A DNA stretch of 64,000 nt from assembly GCA_029881725.1 (NCBI GenBank), contig JAOUMB010000001.1, positions 17,321 to 81,320 on the forward strand. The letters run 5' to 3'. The translations under genes were made by a program, and so were the position numbers. How positions within the stretch are numbered: the stretch's first letter is position 1; each line of letters begins with the position of its first letter. Below, in pieces: positions 9,946 to 19,811 of this stretch. The stretch comes from Nitrospirota bacterium (lineage in GTDB: Bacteria > Nitrospirota > JACRHL01). Below the pieces are notes generated by a model. It ran no database searches. It saw only the letters and a program-made list of their open reading frames with translations, and had not been told where the DNA came from.

Positions 9946-10483
9946 GTTTCCTTCCAAACCCGGGAATCACCACGTCGTGCTCGTTATAGTAGCCCTCCGC
10001 GGCCCGGGTGTGGCAAGCATTGCAGTTGGCAATGGTCTTGACCTCCGGGTTGTCGGCCAGCTTGCGCCGGGGAATTTCATTGTGCTCGTGACGGATGAAC
10101 GGAATGTCCGAAATCCGCTGCGGGGCGTCGATGCCCTTTTTGGCCAGCGAGCGCATGATGCGGGCGGAGCGCTTGTTGTCCACCCGGTCGGCGGCGTTTT
10201 CGGCCAGATAGGCGGTAATTTCGGCCTGATCCCCGGGGGGCAGTTCCGCGTTGTCGCCAAAGTGATCCGCCAGCCCGCCCATCAGGTTGCGCCAGCTCTT
10301 TTCGGGCAGCAGGCCCGGTTGGTAGGCAAAGTGGCAGGCGCCGCACTCCTCCGCGTACAGGGGGTTGGTGACCACCCCCACGCTGGAGCCCTTTTTGCTG
10401 CCGCCATCCGCATAAACCAGCGACATGCTGCCCATGAAGATGGCCACCCCCAGTGCCGTTGCGATCCAGTGTCGTGTTTGCAT
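9938..10483 (-). CDS. Diheme cytochrome c (DHC)
   Basis: Signal peptide, CGACH, YQPGLLP..SW..LM..L.DHFG, CNACH; RBS AAGGAG. Confidence 0.9.
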   Translation of the reverse strand: MQTRHWIATALGVAIFMGSMSLVYADGGSKKGSSVGVVTNPLYAEECGACHFAYQPGLLPEKSWRNLMGGLADHFGDNAELPPGDQAEITAYLAENAADRVDNKRSARIMRSLAKKGIDAPQRISDIPFIRHEHNEIPRRKLADNPEVKTIANCNACHTRAAEGYYNEHDVVIPGFGRKRD

Positions 10484-10508
10484 ATGAGCTCCTTCGGTTT
10501 GCATGGCC

Positions 10509-11522
10509 TTACTGGGCCTGAATGAACATCAGCACGTCGCCCTTTTCCTGGGGCGTGCATTCGCGGCCAAGGGTCTCCTTGCAGTTCCGCAGGAGCCATT
10601 TTTCGATCTTTTTCACATCGGTCAGCCGATCGGGCTGCACCGAGGGGGCAATGGGATCGATGGGTTTTCCGGTCTTCTTGTGCTTGCCGGGTTTGGTCAT
10701 GTCGGCGGTGTGGCAGTCGGCACACTGGGTCTTTTTGCCCTCGACCGTATAGGTTCCGTTCCACAGGGTGCGTCCGGCCTCCACGGTGAACGGCCCGGCC
10801 CCCTGGGCCCGGTAGGCGTCCAGCCGGTCCGGCACCATGGATTGCCCGGCCAGGCCCTGCCCGGCGGCGGCCAGCACCAGCAGCAACACCACCCCGGCGG
10901 CGGCCCGCCCCTTCCAGGCGCCAGCGGCCCCCGTTTCGTCGTCATCGGTATCCATGTGCACCTCTTTGCGGCCCGTGACCATGGCACGGATCAGGTTTTC
11001 ACGATGAACGAACGAACTGGCCAGAATCCCCGCCAGATGCAGGCCCACCAGGAACAGGGTAAACCCGGCGAGCACCTCGTGGGCCTCTTCCAGCGGGTCC
11101 TCCAGATCGTGGTAGGGAGCCATGACGGCGGCCATCGGCCCCTGCCCCTCGTCCGCCCCGTACAGCATCATACCGCTGACCCCGGTGAGGGTGAGCGACA
11201 CCAGCAGGGCGATGACCATCCACGCGGCGGCCGGGTTGTGGCCCACATAGGCCTTGCCCCGGAACAGGGCCAGATCCTTCAGATAGGCCAGCGCCGCGCC
11301 GGGGCTGCGCACGAAGCTGGTAAAGCGGGCATGGCGGGTGCCGATCACCCCCCACACCAGACGGAACGCGACCAGCCCCATGATGAGGTAACCGGCGGTG
11401 GTGTGCAGGTCGGCAAAATCGTCCTCGGCGGTGAGCCAGGCCACCGCGAATGCGGTTACCAGCGACCAGTGAAAGATTCGCACCAGCGGATCCCAGACCT
11501 TGACGGTTTTTCGCGGATTCAT
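10509..11522 (-). CDS. Cytochrome b/b6-type membrane domain fused to DUF1924 / Sphaeroides heme protein (SHP) domain
   Basis: VWDPLVRIFHW, GHNP, HEVLA, HRENL..AM.TGRK, followed in frame by CADCH and KIEKWLLRNC...GREC..QEKGD. Confidence 0.82.
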   Translation of the reverse strand: MNPRKTVKVWDPLVRIFHWSLVTAFAVAWLTAEDDFADLHTTAGYLIMGLVAFRLVWGVIGTRHARFTSFVRSPGAALAYLKDLALFRGKAYVGHNPAAAWMVIALLVSLTLTGVSGMMLYGADEGQGPMAAVMAPYHDLEDPLEEAHEVLAGFTLFLVGLHLAGILASSFVHRENLIRAMVTGRKEVHMDTDDDETGAAGAWKGRAAAGVVLLLVLAAAGQGLAGQSMVPDRLDAYRAQGAGPFTVEAGRTLWNGTYTVEGKKTQCADCHTADMTKPGKHKKTGKPIDPIAPSVQPDRLTDVKKIEKWLLRNCKETLGRECTPQEKGDVLMFIQAQ

Positions 11523-11652
11523 ACTGCCTCCATAACTTCCGCCGGGCGAATATCCGGCGCGGGCCAAAACGTGAAGGGCGGCAAAATCGCAGCTCCCGAA
11601 AAGGAGGAGACGGAGCCACGATCCGCCGCCCTTGGAACCAATATGCCAGTCG

Positions 11653-11684
11653 AATCTGAACGGAGCCTGAACAGAATTCAGATT
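11653..11684 (-). promoter_or_regulatory. Candidate OmpR-family binding site upstream of the cytochrome/TCS operon
   Basis: ctgaac at 11656 and 11667 (TTCAG-N6-TTCAG on minus strand) inside an aatctgaa...ttcagatt inverted repeat. Confidence 0.5.
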
Positions 11685-12026
11685 TGTGCGGCTCCAGCGC
11701 TCCAGCGCTCCGGTGCTGCGCACTCGGCGATTTTTTTTTGGGGGAGGGTGGAGCGGGGGGATTGTTCAACAGCAGGTGGCGGATGGCGCCACACCCCCCG
11801 GTTATTCCGGGGGAGCGCCGTTTATATGAGCACATCCGGACCGGCAAAACCATTCCATTTGTGTTACCATGGCCGACAGTGGGTTGCACCTCACCCGATA
11901 TCCCATCGATTTCCCCCGCCATTTTTATGTTTATGCATCCGGGAACCGGCACGGATGTCACAGGCGTTCCCACGCGACTTTATTGCGCCACAAGGGCCAA
12001 ATTGCTACACACCACGGAGCGAATTC

Positions 12027-12890
12027 ATGTCGAACGAAGCTGTATTTGAGGAAATCAATGAGGTAAAGGCCGACATGGATTACATCTACAATCAGGCTGA
12101 TCCAAGATCTTATTTTCGTGAGTTGCAAAAGCTGAACTATGCGATTCCGGACAGCGCCAAACCGGTGCTTCAAAAGCTGATTGAACACATGCAAAAAAAC
12201 CGCCCCGACACCCTGCACGTGCTGGATCTCGGCTGTTCCTACGGCATCAACGCGGCCATTCTCAAGCACGATCTGTCCATGGACGATCTGTATGCGCACT
12301 GGGGGGATCTTGCCGACGCCACCACCCCGGAGCTGGTGGCCCATGACCAGCGCTATTTCGCCAGCCTTGATGATTCCCGGGACATCGAGGTGATCGGGCT
12401 CGACCAGGCCGATCAGGCGGTTGCGTTCGCCGAGGAGGTGGGCCTGCTGGGCGACAGCCTGGTGACCAACCTGGAAACCGATCCCCTGTCGGCCGCCGAG
12501 AAGGAAGAACTGGCGCCGGTGGATCTGATGATGTCCACCGGGTGCGTGGGCTACCTGACCGAAAAGAGCTTTGACCGCTTGCTCCCCGCCGTAACCGCGG
12601 GGCGGAAGCCGTGGATCGCCAACTTCGTGCTGCGCCTGTTCCCCTTCGATGCCATTGAGAAATCCATGGAAAAATGGGGATACGTCACCGAGAAACTGGC
12701 TGGAAGAACCTTCTTCCAGCGCCGTTTCGCCTCGGATCAGGAACAGGAGCAGGTGCTCCGCCAGTTGCGGGAGCGCGGCATCGACCCCACCGGCATGGAG
12801 GCCGAGGGGCACTTTCTGGCCGAGTTCTATCTGTCCCGTCCCAGGCAGGATGCGTTGGAGATGCCCATCGGGGATCTGCTTCCCGCCTGA
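12027..12890 (+). CDS. Class I SAM-dependent methyltransferase-like protein
   Basis: VLDLGCSYG motif I, IGLD, STGCVGY; GGAG upstream of ATG 12027. Confidence 0.7.
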   Translation: MSNEAVFEEINEVKADMDYIYNQADPRSYFRELQKLNYAIPDSAKPVLQKLIEHMQKNRPDTLHVLDLGCSYGINAAILKHDLSMDDLYAHWGDLADATTPELVAHDQRYFASLDDSRDIEVIGLDQADQAVAFAEEVGLLGDSLVTNLETDPLSAAEKEELAPVDLMMSTGCVGYLTEKSFDRLLPAVTAGRKPWIANFVLRLFPFDAIEKSMEKWGYVTEKLAGRTFFQRRFASDQEQEQVLRQLRERGIDPTGMEAEGHFLAEFYLSRPRQDALEMPIGDLLPA

Positions 12891-13106
12891 TCCAATCCGC
12901 CCTAACCGTCCGCACTCCGAAATCCCCCCACGGCAGACACCGCCGGAAAGGACTCGCCATCCATTCCGCATTGGCGATCATCGATGGACCATGCTTTTGG
13001 GGACGGTCTGGTGCGGGCTCGGCCGCGCAAATTGACTGGGCCGGATTTGCACCGGGCGGTCCGCTGGTGTAGAAATAGCTACCCTCGTGGCTCCAAGGAA
13101 TCCGAA

Positions 13107-13529
13107 ATGCTCTGGATCAAATCCTTACATATCATCTTTATGGTCAGCTGGTTCGCCGGGCTGTTTTACCTGCCCCGCATTTTCGTCTATCACGCCGGGC
13201 ACCCGTCCGGGCCGGTGCACGATCAATTCTGCGTGATGGAGCGCAAGCTGTACCGCTTCATCATGAACCCGGCCATGATCCTTACCGCCGTATTCGGCCT
13301 GTGGCTGGGGTGGATCGGCTGGGCCTGGCTGGCCCACAGCGGCTGGTTCTGGGCAAAAATGGCGCTGATCGTCGGGCTGATCGCCTACCACCTGTGGTGC
13401 GGGCGCATCGTGGACACCTTTGCCGCCGGGGAAAACACCCGTCCCCACACCTTCTACCGGGTGTTTAACGAACTGCCCACCCTGGTGCTGATCGCCGCGG
13501 TGATTCTGGCCGTGGTCAAACCGTTCTGA
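13107..13529 (+). CDS. hemJ: Protoporphyrinogen oxidase HemJ
   Basis: IKSLHIIFMVSWFAGLFYLPRIFVYHA, MERKLY, RVFNELPT, LAVVKPF. Confidence 0.92.
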   Translation: MLWIKSLHIIFMVSWFAGLFYLPRIFVYHAGHPSGPVHDQFCVMERKLYRFIMNPAMILTAVFGLWLGWIGWAWLAHSGWFWAKMALIVGLIAYHLWCGRIVDTFAAGENTRPHTFYRVFNELPTLVLIAAVILAVVKPF

Positions 13530-13542
13530 TCGCCTCTTTACC

Positions 13543-14550
13543 GTGACCCACGGCGACCCCCCCAAGAAAAAACTGCGCCGCGCGGTGCGCATGCACGGCC
13601 TGAAGTGGGGCATGACCCGCGTGCTGGGCGCGACCCTCATGACCCTGCTGGTGGCCGGTGCCGTGTCCCTGGAAGGGCAGCACGTTTGGCAGGAGTGGGA
13701 CCAGCACAACCATCCCCCCCCCGGCGTGCGGGTGGATGTGGGCGGCTACCACCTGCACGTGAACTGCATCGGCACCGGGGAGACGACCGTGGTGCTGGAA
13801 GGCGGCGCCGGAGAGTGGTCGATCCACTGGATGCCGGTAATGGCCCGCCTCGCCGCCCACACCCGCGTGTGCGCCTACGACCGGGGCGGCTACGGCTGGA
13901 GCGACCCCGGCCCGCGCCCGCGCAGCGCCATGCGGCTGGCCGAGGAACTGTCCATGGCCCTGCACGAACTGCGCGAGGACGGCCCGCTGGTGCTGGTGGC
14001 CCACGCCGAAGGGTTCGCCATCGCCTCCCACTTTGCCCGCCGCCACCCGGACCGGGTGACCTCGCTGGTGCTGGTGGACGCCATTCCACCCCCCTTGGCG
14101 CCGTTGCGCGAGCAGGCGGGAAAACGTCTGCTGGCACGCCTGGAATATTCCCTGCCGTGGGCCCATTTCGGCACCGGCCACCTGACCGGTCCGCCCGCAC
14201 GGCTGACCCGTCCACCGCAGGCGGATACCTGGCGGCGGCAGACCGCCTATCCCGGTTTTTATGAAACCTATGTGGCCGAGTTCACCCGGCTGCTGGAGCG
14301 GACCGCCACACCGGACCTGTCCCCGGCCCTGCCGCGGGTGGTGGTGTTCAGCCAGACCCCCGAAACCCGCGACCCGGCCCCGGAAATGACCGCCGCCGTG
14401 TACAACGAGGTGTGGAACACCCGCCAGCGCGATTATGTATACGGCATGCCGGAGCGGGCCTTTGCGGTGCCCGGAGGCAGCCACCTGCCGCTGGAACAGC
14501 CGGATGCGGTGGTGCGGGCGGTGGTGATGGCGCTGGGGGACGGCGCGTAG
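13543..14550 (+). CDS. Membrane-anchored alpha/beta hydrolase fold protein lacking the canonical nucleophile Ser
   Basis: PPPGVRVDVGG..LHVNC.G, RVCAYDRGGYGWSD; nucleophile elbow reads AHAEG. Confidence 0.75.
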   Translation: MTHGDPPKKKLRRAVRMHGLKWGMTRVLGATLMTLLVAGAVSLEGQHVWQEWDQHNHPPPGVRVDVGGYHLHVNCIGTGETTVVLEGGAGEWSIHWMPVMARLAAHTRVCAYDRGGYGWSDPGPRPRSAMRLAEELSMALHELREDGPLVLVAHAEGFAIASHFARRHPDRVTSLVLVDAIPPPLAPLREQAGKRLLARLEYSLPWAHFGTGHLTGPPARLTRPPQADTWRRQTAYPGFYETYVAEFTRLLERTATPDLSPALPRVVVFSQTPETRDPAPEMTAAVYNEVWNTRQRDYVYGMPERAFAVPGGSHLPLEQPDAVVRAVVMALGDGA

Positions 14551-14565
14551 CGTTCCGCCGGGCGG

Positions 14566-15438
14566 TCAGTTGCCGCCGTCGCTGACGACGGGGACCAGGG
14601 AGCGGGCCTCCAGCAGATCACGGACCCGCTCCGAGGTGGCAAACGCGATGAACTCTTTGGCCAGTCCTTGCGGCGGCCCGGTGGTGACCAGCGCAAGCTG
14701 GCGCGACAAGGGGAACCGGCCTTCCCGAACGGCGGCGGTGGAGGCCTGCACGCCGCCCACCCGCAGCAGGCGGATGGGCATCCCGGCATCCATTTGCTGC
14801 TCCGCGGCCCCCACCGACACATAGCCGATGGCCAATGGGTCCCCGGCCACGGCCCGGACCCCCTGGGCGTTGTCACGGGTGACCACCTGGGCGCGGATGT
14901 CGCCGTCCTTCAGGCCGTAATAATTCAGAAACAGTTCGTGGGCGGGGCGCCCGGCGGCCGCGTGCACCACCGTAATCGGCCCCGAAATCCCGCCCAGTTG
15001 CGACCAGTCGGTGACGGCGCCGGTATAAATGGCGATCACCTCCTCGTCGGAAAGGGGCAGCACCCGGTTGGCCGCGTGCACGATCAGGCCCACCGCATCC
15101 CGCGCCAGGGCAAAGCCGGTCAGGTCCTTTTCGCTGTCGTACAGGGGGCGCGCCACCATGCCGATGTGGGCCACTCCGGCGCGCAGGGCGTGAAGGCCGT
15201 TTCCGCCGCCATCGGTGCGCACCTCCACCCGCACGCCGGGGTAGACTTTCTCGAACCGATGGGCAATCTCCGCCGCCAGCGGCGCCACCGCGCCGGATCC
15301 GGTCAGCACCAGTTTCCCATCGTGCGCCGGGGCGCCCGCGCCGCCGGAGGCGTGCTCCTCCGCCACCGGCGCCTGGCTGCATGCCGCCGCCCACAGGCCA
15401 CAGGCAAGCGCCAGCGCGGCGCATAACCTCCGTGTCAT
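14566..15438 (-). CDS. PstS-like (PBP2) substrate-binding lipoprotein, orphan
   Basis: AAAC lipobox; LTGS, IGMVARPL, IYTG..TDWSQLGG, AIGYVS, FPLSRQL. Confidence 0.75.
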   Translation of the reverse strand: MTRRLCAALALACGLWAAACSQAPVAEEHASGGAGAPAHDGKLVLTGSGAVAPLAAEIAHRFEKVYPGVRVEVRTDGGGNGLHALRAGVAHIGMVARPLYDSEKDLTGFALARDAVGLIVHAANRVLPLSDEEVIAIYTGAVTDWSQLGGISGPITVVHAAAGRPAHELFLNYYGLKDGDIRAQVVTRDNAQGVRAVAGDPLAIGYVSVGAAEQQMDAGMPIRLLRVGGVQASTAAVREGRFPLSRQLALVTTGPPQGLAKEFIAFATSERVRDLLEARSLVPVVSDGGN

Positions 15439-15639
15439 GACGTCCCTTCCCTCTCCATATTCCCTCCGGCACGGACCGCGTGCGTCGGGGTTCCCGCAAG
15501 GGAGGGTACCCTACCCCGCGCTCCGGATAAAGCGCCGCACGCCTTCCAGTCGCTTTTTTGCCCCCCGGCGGACCGGTACTGGCGGCATCGCCGGGCAACC
15601 CGTTACCCTTGCACCTCCCCCTTCAGGAGATCCGCACCC

Positions 15640-16302
15640 ATGTCACGCAAGACCATCGGCCTGCCAGGCCCGTTGTATCGCTACCTGCTCGACAACTCCC
15701 TGCGGGAGCCGGAGGGGCTGCAATCCCTGCGTGCCGAAACCGCCACCCGGCCCGACGCCCGCATGCAGACCGCCCCGGAACAGGGCCAGTTCATGGCCAT
15801 GCTGGTGCGCCTGACCGGCGCCGTGAACGCGTTGGAAATCGGCGTGTACACCGGCTACTCCGCCGCCTGCGTGGCCCTGGCCCTGCCTCCGGAGGGGCGG
15901 CTGACGGCCATCGACGCGGACCCCGAAACCTCGGCTACGGCCCTTCGCCACTGGCGGGAACTGGGGGTGGCGGACAAAATCGACCTGCATGTGGGCGACG
16001 CCACCGCCGAACTGGACCGGCTGCTGGCCGCAGGGGCCCCGGACCGCTTCGACTTCGCCTTCATCGACGCGGACAAGGTCAACTACCCGGGATATTTCGA
16101 GCGGTGCCTGACCCTGGTGCGTCCCGGCGGGCTGATCTGCATCGACAACGTGCTGTGGTCCGGCCGGGTGGCCGACCCCGCCCACGACGACCCGTCCACC
16201 CGCGCCATCCGCGCATTCAACAAGGCGCTGCACACGGATGAGCGGGTGGACATCTCGCTGGTGCCCATCGCCGACGGCCTCACCCTGGCGCGCCGGAAAT
16301 GA
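15640..16302 (+). CDS. Caffeoyl-CoA/catechol O-methyltransferase-like (Methyltransf_3)
   Basis: LEIGVYTGYS, FIDADK.NY, IDNVLWSG, DGLTLARR. Confidence 0.9.
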   Translation: MSRKTIGLPGPLYRYLLDNSLREPEGLQSLRAETATRPDARMQTAPEQGQFMAMLVRLTGAVNALEIGVYTGYSAACVALALPPEGRLTAIDADPETSATALRHWRELGVADKIDLHVGDATAELDRLLAAGAPDRFDFAFIDADKVNYPGYFERCLTLVRPGGLICIDNVLWSGRVADPAHDDPSTRAIRAFNKALHTDERVDISLVPIADGLTLARRK

Positions 16303-17231
16303 CCGGAGCGCACCGCCTCGCCCGCTGGGCCGGATACGCCCAGGACGGATTTGTTATCTGGGTGGTGCTGGGCGCCGCGTGGGGGTATGCGTGGCCCGAG
16401 GCCGCCGCCCCCGGCAAGGGGTGGATTCCGGAGGCGCTGGCGGTGGTGATGCTTGGCATGGGCCTCACCCTGCGCCCGTCGGACGTGGCCGCCCTGCGCC
16501 ATGCGGGAAGGGCGGTACTGACCGGGATCGGCCTGCAATTTCTGGTCATGCCGCTGGCCGCCTGGGGGGTGGCGCGGACCCTGGGCCTGCCGCCGGAACT
16601 GGCGGTGGGCCTGCTGCTGGTGGGGGCCGCGCCCGGCGGCACCGCGTCCAACGTGGTGGCCTTTCTGGCCCGGGGCGACGTGGCCCTGTCGGTAACCATG
16701 ACCACCGCCTCCACCCTGCTGGCGCCGTTGCTCACCCCCCTGTGGGTGGGGGTGCTGGCCGCCACCTGGATCGACATCGATCCGCTGCTGCTGGCGCTTA
16801 CCGTGGCCAAAATCGTGCTGGCGCCGGTGGCCGCCGGGGTGTTGCTCCGGCGCTGGTGGACTCCCGCCCCCTGGCTGCCGGAACGCCTCCTGCCGCTGCT
16901 GTCCATGGCCGCCATTGTGTGGATTGTCGGCGTCATCACCGCCCTCAATCACGACCGGCTGGGGGTGGCTCCGCTGGTGCTGCTGGCGGTGGTGCTGGTC
17001 AACGCAACGGGGCTGGCACTGGGCTACGCCGGGGCCCGCGCCGCCGGGCTGCCGGAGCGCGCCCGGCGCACCGTGGCGCTGGAAGTGGGCATGCAGAACT
17101 CCGGGCTGGCGGTGGCGCTGGCAGTGGTCCACTTCGGGCCGCTGGCGGCAATTCCGGGGGCATTGTTCAGCATCTGGCACAACATCAGCGGACCGCTACT
17201 GGCCGTCGTCTGGCGACGGAATCCGCCATAG
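16299..17231 (+). CDS. Bile acid:sodium symporter family transporter
   Basis: MLGMGLTL, PGGTASNV, GDVALSV, EVGMQNSGL. Confidence 0.9.
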   Translation: MTGAHRLARWAGYAQDGFVIWVVLGAAWGYAWPEAAAPGKGWIPEALAVVMLGMGLTLRPSDVAALRHAGRAVLTGIGLQFLVMPLAAWGVARTLGLPPELAVGLLLVGAAPGGTASNVVAFLARGDVALSVTMTTASTLLAPLLTPLWVGVLAATWIDIDPLLLALTVAKIVLAPVAAGVLLRRWWTPAPWLPERLLPLLSMAAIVWIVGVITALNHDRLGVAPLVLLAVVLVNATGLALGYAGARAAGLPERARRTVALEVGMQNSGLAVALAVVHFGPLAAIPGALFSIWHNISGPLLAVVWRRNPP

Positions 17232-17335
17232 AGTGCCCATAGATTTTCCAGATATTTCGCGTCCCGAAGGTCGAATTCACTCAACACCCGTCCCCCGTGC
17301 ACCGATAAGGGGGGAAGTCTGTTTCGTGCCCCAGA

Positions 17336-19645
17336 ATGGGGTCCCAACTCACCGCAAGGCGAGGGAGATCGGTCATTTCGGACAAACACGCCAGCACCAC
17401 TGCGGCCCCCTCTACCCCCGCCGGTACCCCGACGGGCAGCAAGGGGTTCCGGCGCAAGGGGAAGGGCAAGCCCACCCCGCCCCCGAGCAACGGCAACGCC
17501 CCCAAGGGAAATGCCGTGCGCGTGCTGGTGGTGGACGATGACCGGGCCATGCGCGAACTGGCGGTGCGCTCGCTGGAGCTGTCCGGGTTTGCGGTCGCCT
17601 CCGCCGGCAACGGCCAGCAGGGCGCCCTGGTGTTCGCCGAATTCGTGCCCGATATCGTCCTGCTCGACGTGATGATGCCCGGCTGGGACGGCTTTGCCAC
17701 CTGCAAGGCCATGCGCGGTCTGCCCGAGGGCGGCAACACCCCCATCGTCATGGTCACTGCCCTGGACGATCTTTCATCCATTGAACGCGCCTATGAAGCG
17801 GGCGCCACCGATTTTGCCACCAAGCCGATCCAGTGGCCGGTGCTGGCCCAGCGCCTGCGCTACATGGCCCGCCAGAAGCAGGTGGCCGACAAACTGCGCG
17901 AAAGCGAAAAACGCCTGGCCAAGGCCCAGCGCATCGCCCGCCTGGGCAGTTGGGAGTGGGACATCGCACCCGACCGGCTGACCCTCACATCGGACCCCAA
18001 TTCCGCCCCGCTGGACTGCGGGGAAACGTTCGACGGCACCTTTCTCGGTTTTGTGCGCCTGCTGCATCCGGACGACGCGGGGCGCACCCTGGACGCCATC
18101 CACGCGGGCATCCGTTCCCGGTCCCCGTTCTCGGTGGAATACCGGCTGAACACCGCCGACGGCGCGGAACTGTTCATCCATCAGGAAGCGGAACCGGAGT
18201 TCGACGAGCAGGGCAACCTGGTGCGCCTGAGCGGCACCATCCAGGACATCACCACCCAGCGCGAAACCGAAGACCGCATCCAGTTTCTGACCCGCTACGA
18301 CGGCCTCACCTCCCTCCCCAACCGGCACATGCTGACCGAACAGATCGCGCGCACCATTCAGGGGGCGCAGCGTGGACGGCACATGGCCGCCATCCTGACC
18401 ATCGGCCTGGACCGCTTCGAGCGGATCAACCATGCCTTCGGCCACGATGTGGGCGACGAACTGCTGCGCGAAGCATCCTTGCGCCTGCGCGAATCGGTGG
18501 AACGCTTCGCGGGCCGCTCCCGCTCCGGCCAGCCGCCCATGGTGGCGCGCCTGGGGGGCGACGAATTCTGCGTGGTGTTCACCCACATCGAGGAGGCCAG
18601 CGAAGTGGCCCGCACCGCCCAGATGGTGCTCGATGAACTGACCGACCCGTTCCAGGTGGACGATCACGAGGTATACATCACCAGCAGCATCGGCGCGGCC
18701 CTCTATCCGGTGGACGGCACCTCGGTGGACGGCCTGCTCAAGAACGCCGCCGCCGCCCTCAAGGACGCCAAGGTCCAGGGCAAAAACAACTACCGCTTCT
18801 ATACCAGCACCATGAACTCCGACGCCATGCGCCGGGTGGCGCTGGAGGGCAAGCTGCAAAAGGCCATGGACAACGACGAGCTGGTGCTCTACTACCAGCC
18901 CAAGATCGATATCCGCACCGGCCGGATGATCGCCATGGAGGCGCTGATCCGCTGGCAGCACCCGGAACTGGGCATGGTCTCGCCCGCCGAATTCATCCCC
19001 CTGGCGGAGGAAACCGGGCTGATCGTGAACATCGGTGAATGGGTGCTGTCCGAAGCCTGCCGCCAGAACGTGGCCTGGCAGAAGCAGGGGCTGCACCCGG
19101 TGCAGGTGTCGGTCAACCTGTCGGCCCGCCAGTTCTGGCAGGACGATCTGGCCGAGCGTCTGGGAGGCCTGCTGGCGGAATCCGGCATGGACCCGCGCTG
19201 GCTGGAGCTGGAGATCACCGAGAGCACCTTCATGCACAACGCCGAGGAGACAGAACGCACCCTGCGCGACCTGAAGGCTCTGAACATCTCCCTCAGCGTG
19301 GACGACTTCGGCACCGGCTATTCATCCCTGGCCTATCTGCAACGCTTTCCCATCGACGCCCTGAAGGTGGACCGCTCCTTCATCACCGACGTGACCACCA
19401 GCGCCGACAGCGCCACCATCACCCGCACCATCATCTCCATGGGCCACAGCCTGGGCATGACGGTGATTGCCGAAGGGGTGGAAACTGCCGACCAGTTGCG
19501 CTTCGTGCGCGATCAGGGGTGCGACCAGATTCAGGGCTATCTGGTAAGTCCGCCGATCCCCGCCGAGTCCTTTTCCGAACTGCTGAAGGACGGGAACAAG
19601 CCGCATATCGATCTGTCGCTGCTTTCCGATTCTCCTTCGGAGTAA
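17336..19645 (+). CDS. REC-PAS-GGDEF-EAL c-di-GMP turnover protein
   Basis: VVDDD/LLDVMMP receiver, PAS/PAC, GGDEF, EALIRW, DDFGTGYSSL; exact start uncertain. Confidence 0.9.
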   Translation: MGSQLTARRGRSVISDKHASTTAAPSTPAGTPTGSKGFRRKGKGKPTPPPSNGNAPKGNAVRVLVVDDDRAMRELAVRSLELSGFAVASAGNGQQGALVFAEFVPDIVLLDVMMPGWDGFATCKAMRGLPEGGNTPIVMVTALDDLSSIERAYEAGATDFATKPIQWPVLAQRLRYMARQKQVADKLRESEKRLAKAQRIARLGSWEWDIAPDRLTLTSDPNSAPLDCGETFDGTFLGFVRLLHPDDAGRTLDAIHAGIRSRSPFSVEYRLNTADGAELFIHQEAEPEFDEQGNLVRLSGTIQDITTQRETEDRIQFLTRYDGLTSLPNRHMLTEQIARTIQGAQRGRHMAAILTIGLDRFERINHAFGHDVGDELLREASLRLRESVERFAGRSRSGQPPMVARLGGDEFCVVFTHIEEASEVARTAQMVLDELTDPFQVDDHEVYITSSIGAALYPVDGTSVDGLLKNAAAALKDAKVQGKNNYRFYTSTMNSDAMRRVALEGKLQKAMDNDELVLYYQPKIDIRTGRMIAMEALIRWQHPELGMVSPAEFIPLAEETGLIVNIGEWVLSEACRQNVAWQKQGLHPVQVSVNLSARQFWQDDLAERLGGLLAESGMDPRWLELEITESTFMHNAEETERTLRDLKALNISLSVDDFGTGYSSLAYLQRFPIDALKVDRSFITDVTTSADSATITRTIISMGHSLGMTVIAEGVETADQLRFVRDQGCDQIQGYLVSPPIPAESFSELLKDGNKPHIDLSLLSDSPSE

Positions 19646-19811
19646 TCCAAAACCGCCCCATAAAGGCCAGTAAATTCAAGGGTATCGACAGAAGGTCCGA
19701 CAAGAGGAATGAATTTGCATGCCACCCTTCCGGCGGGGAAGGCGGCACATCGGTTTTACCGGCCGGACCGGGAGCGGATCCGGCCATCCAACTGGAGACG
19801 GGACCCTCACC

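Noticed and set aside
11713..11724. 12-mer gtgctgcgcact shared with 63287-63298 and similar to 61447
   Set aside because: Too short to separate from chance in GC-rich DNA without a genome-wide count
10503..12026. N-terminal ~500 aa of the 795-aa plus-strand ORF
   Set aside because: It is an antisense shadow of the cytochrome gene plus intergenic DNA; the real gene starts at 12027
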